From the human T2T-CHM13v2.0 reference genome, Homo sapiens: a stretch of DNA of 64,000 nt. The position numbers and the translations under genes are program-made. The first letter of the stretch is position 1, and every line of letters begins with the position of its first letter. The notes under the pieces were generated by a model. It saw nothing but the letters and a program-made list of their open reading frames with translations. It searched no databases and was not told the DNA's origin. The stretch lies in the NCBI RefSeq assembly GCF_009914755.1, contig NC_060926.1. The stretch is one strand, 5' to 3'. Below are positions 62,875 through 64,000 of this stretch, piece after piece.

Positions 62875-64000
62875 AGTCTGTGTCTTTTAATTGGGGCATT
62901 TAGCCCATTTACACTTAAGGTTAATATTGTTGTGTGTGAATTTGATCCTGTCATTATGATGCTAGCTGGTTATTTTGCCCATTAGTTGATGCAGTTTCTT
63001 CATAGTGTTGATGGTCTTTACAATTTGGCATGTTTCTGCAGTGGCTGGTACTGGTTGTTCCTTTCCATGTTTAGTGCTTCCTTCAGGAGCTCTTGTAAGG
63101 CAGGCCTGGTGGTGACAAAATCTCTCAGCATTTGCTTGTCTGCAAAAGGATTTTATTTCTCCTTCTCTTATGAAGCTTAGTTTGGCTGGATATGAAATTC
63201 TGGGTTGGAAATTCTTTTCTTTAAGAATGTTGAATATTGGCCCCCTCTCTCTTCTGGCTTGCAGGGTTTCTGCAGAGAGATCCACTGTTAGTCTGATGGG
63301 CTTCCCTTCGTGGGTAACCCGAACTTTCTCTCTGGCTGCCCTTAACATTTTTTCCTTCATTTCAACCTTGGTGAATCTGACAATTATGTGTCTTGGGGTT
63401 GCTCTTCTCGAGGAGTATCTTTGTGGTGTTTTCTGTTATTTCCTGAATTAGAATGTTGGCCTGTCTTGCCAGGTTGGGAAGTTCTCCTGGATAATATCCT
63501 GAAGAGTGTTTTCCAACTTGGTTCTGTTCTCCTCATCACTTTCAGGTACATCAATCAAACGTAGATTTTGTCTTTTCACATAGTCCCATATTTCTTGGAG
63601 GCTTTGTTCGTTCCTTTTCATTCCTTTTTCACTAATCTTGTCTGCTCGCTTTATTTCATTAAGTAAGTTGATCTTCAGTCGCTGACATCCTTTATTCCAC
63701 TTGATCGATTCAGCTGTTGATACTTGTGTATGCTTCACAAAGTTCTTGTGCTGTGTTTTTCAGCTCCATCAGGTCATTTATGTTCTTCTTTATACTGGTT
63801 ATTCCAGTTAGCAATTCGTCTAACCTTTTTTCAAGGTTCTTAGCTTCCTTGCATTAGGTTAGAACATGCTTCTTCAGCTTGGAGGAGTTTGTTATTACCC
63901 ACCTTCTGAAGCCTACTTCTGTCAATTTGTCAAACTCATTCTGCATCCAGTTTTGTTCCCTTGCTGGCGAGGAGTTGTGATCCTTTGGAGGAGAAGAGAC

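Overview
Primate (most likely human) genomic DNA holding the 3' ~85% of DYNC1I2 (cytoplasmic dynein 1 intermediate chain 2) on the + strand. I read 15 coding exons by hand (9945-51295, 1691 nt including the stop codon). All have AG/GT boundaries and consistent phases. They encode the chain from VFSEYW through the Tctex1/LC8/Roadblock-binding region and the WD40 propeller to ...AATRIPA*. The ~75 N-terminal residues lie upstream of the window. The rest is intron, 3'UTR and downstream DNA with about 30 Alus, old and young L1s (including a >5.6 kb antisense L1PA running off the right edge), MaLR LTRs, Tigger/MER DNA transposons and MIRs. Almost all ORF-track entries are repeat-derived or spurious. 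I see no new gene or self-contained novel system. The best leads are: (1) hidden in-frame upstream acceptors encoding an 18-aa segment homologous to the DYNC1I1 neuronal insert; (2) a ~240-bp copy of an intron 5' end placed 2.1 kb upstream and bracketed by a 35-bp inverted repeat, plus two smaller templated-insertion scars; (3) a repeat-free, E-box-dense intronic block and exons paralogous to the DYNC1I1 exonic enhancers, which are candidate DLX1/2-type enhancers. Repeat subfamily calls come from remembered consensus sequences, and repeat boundaries are approximate.
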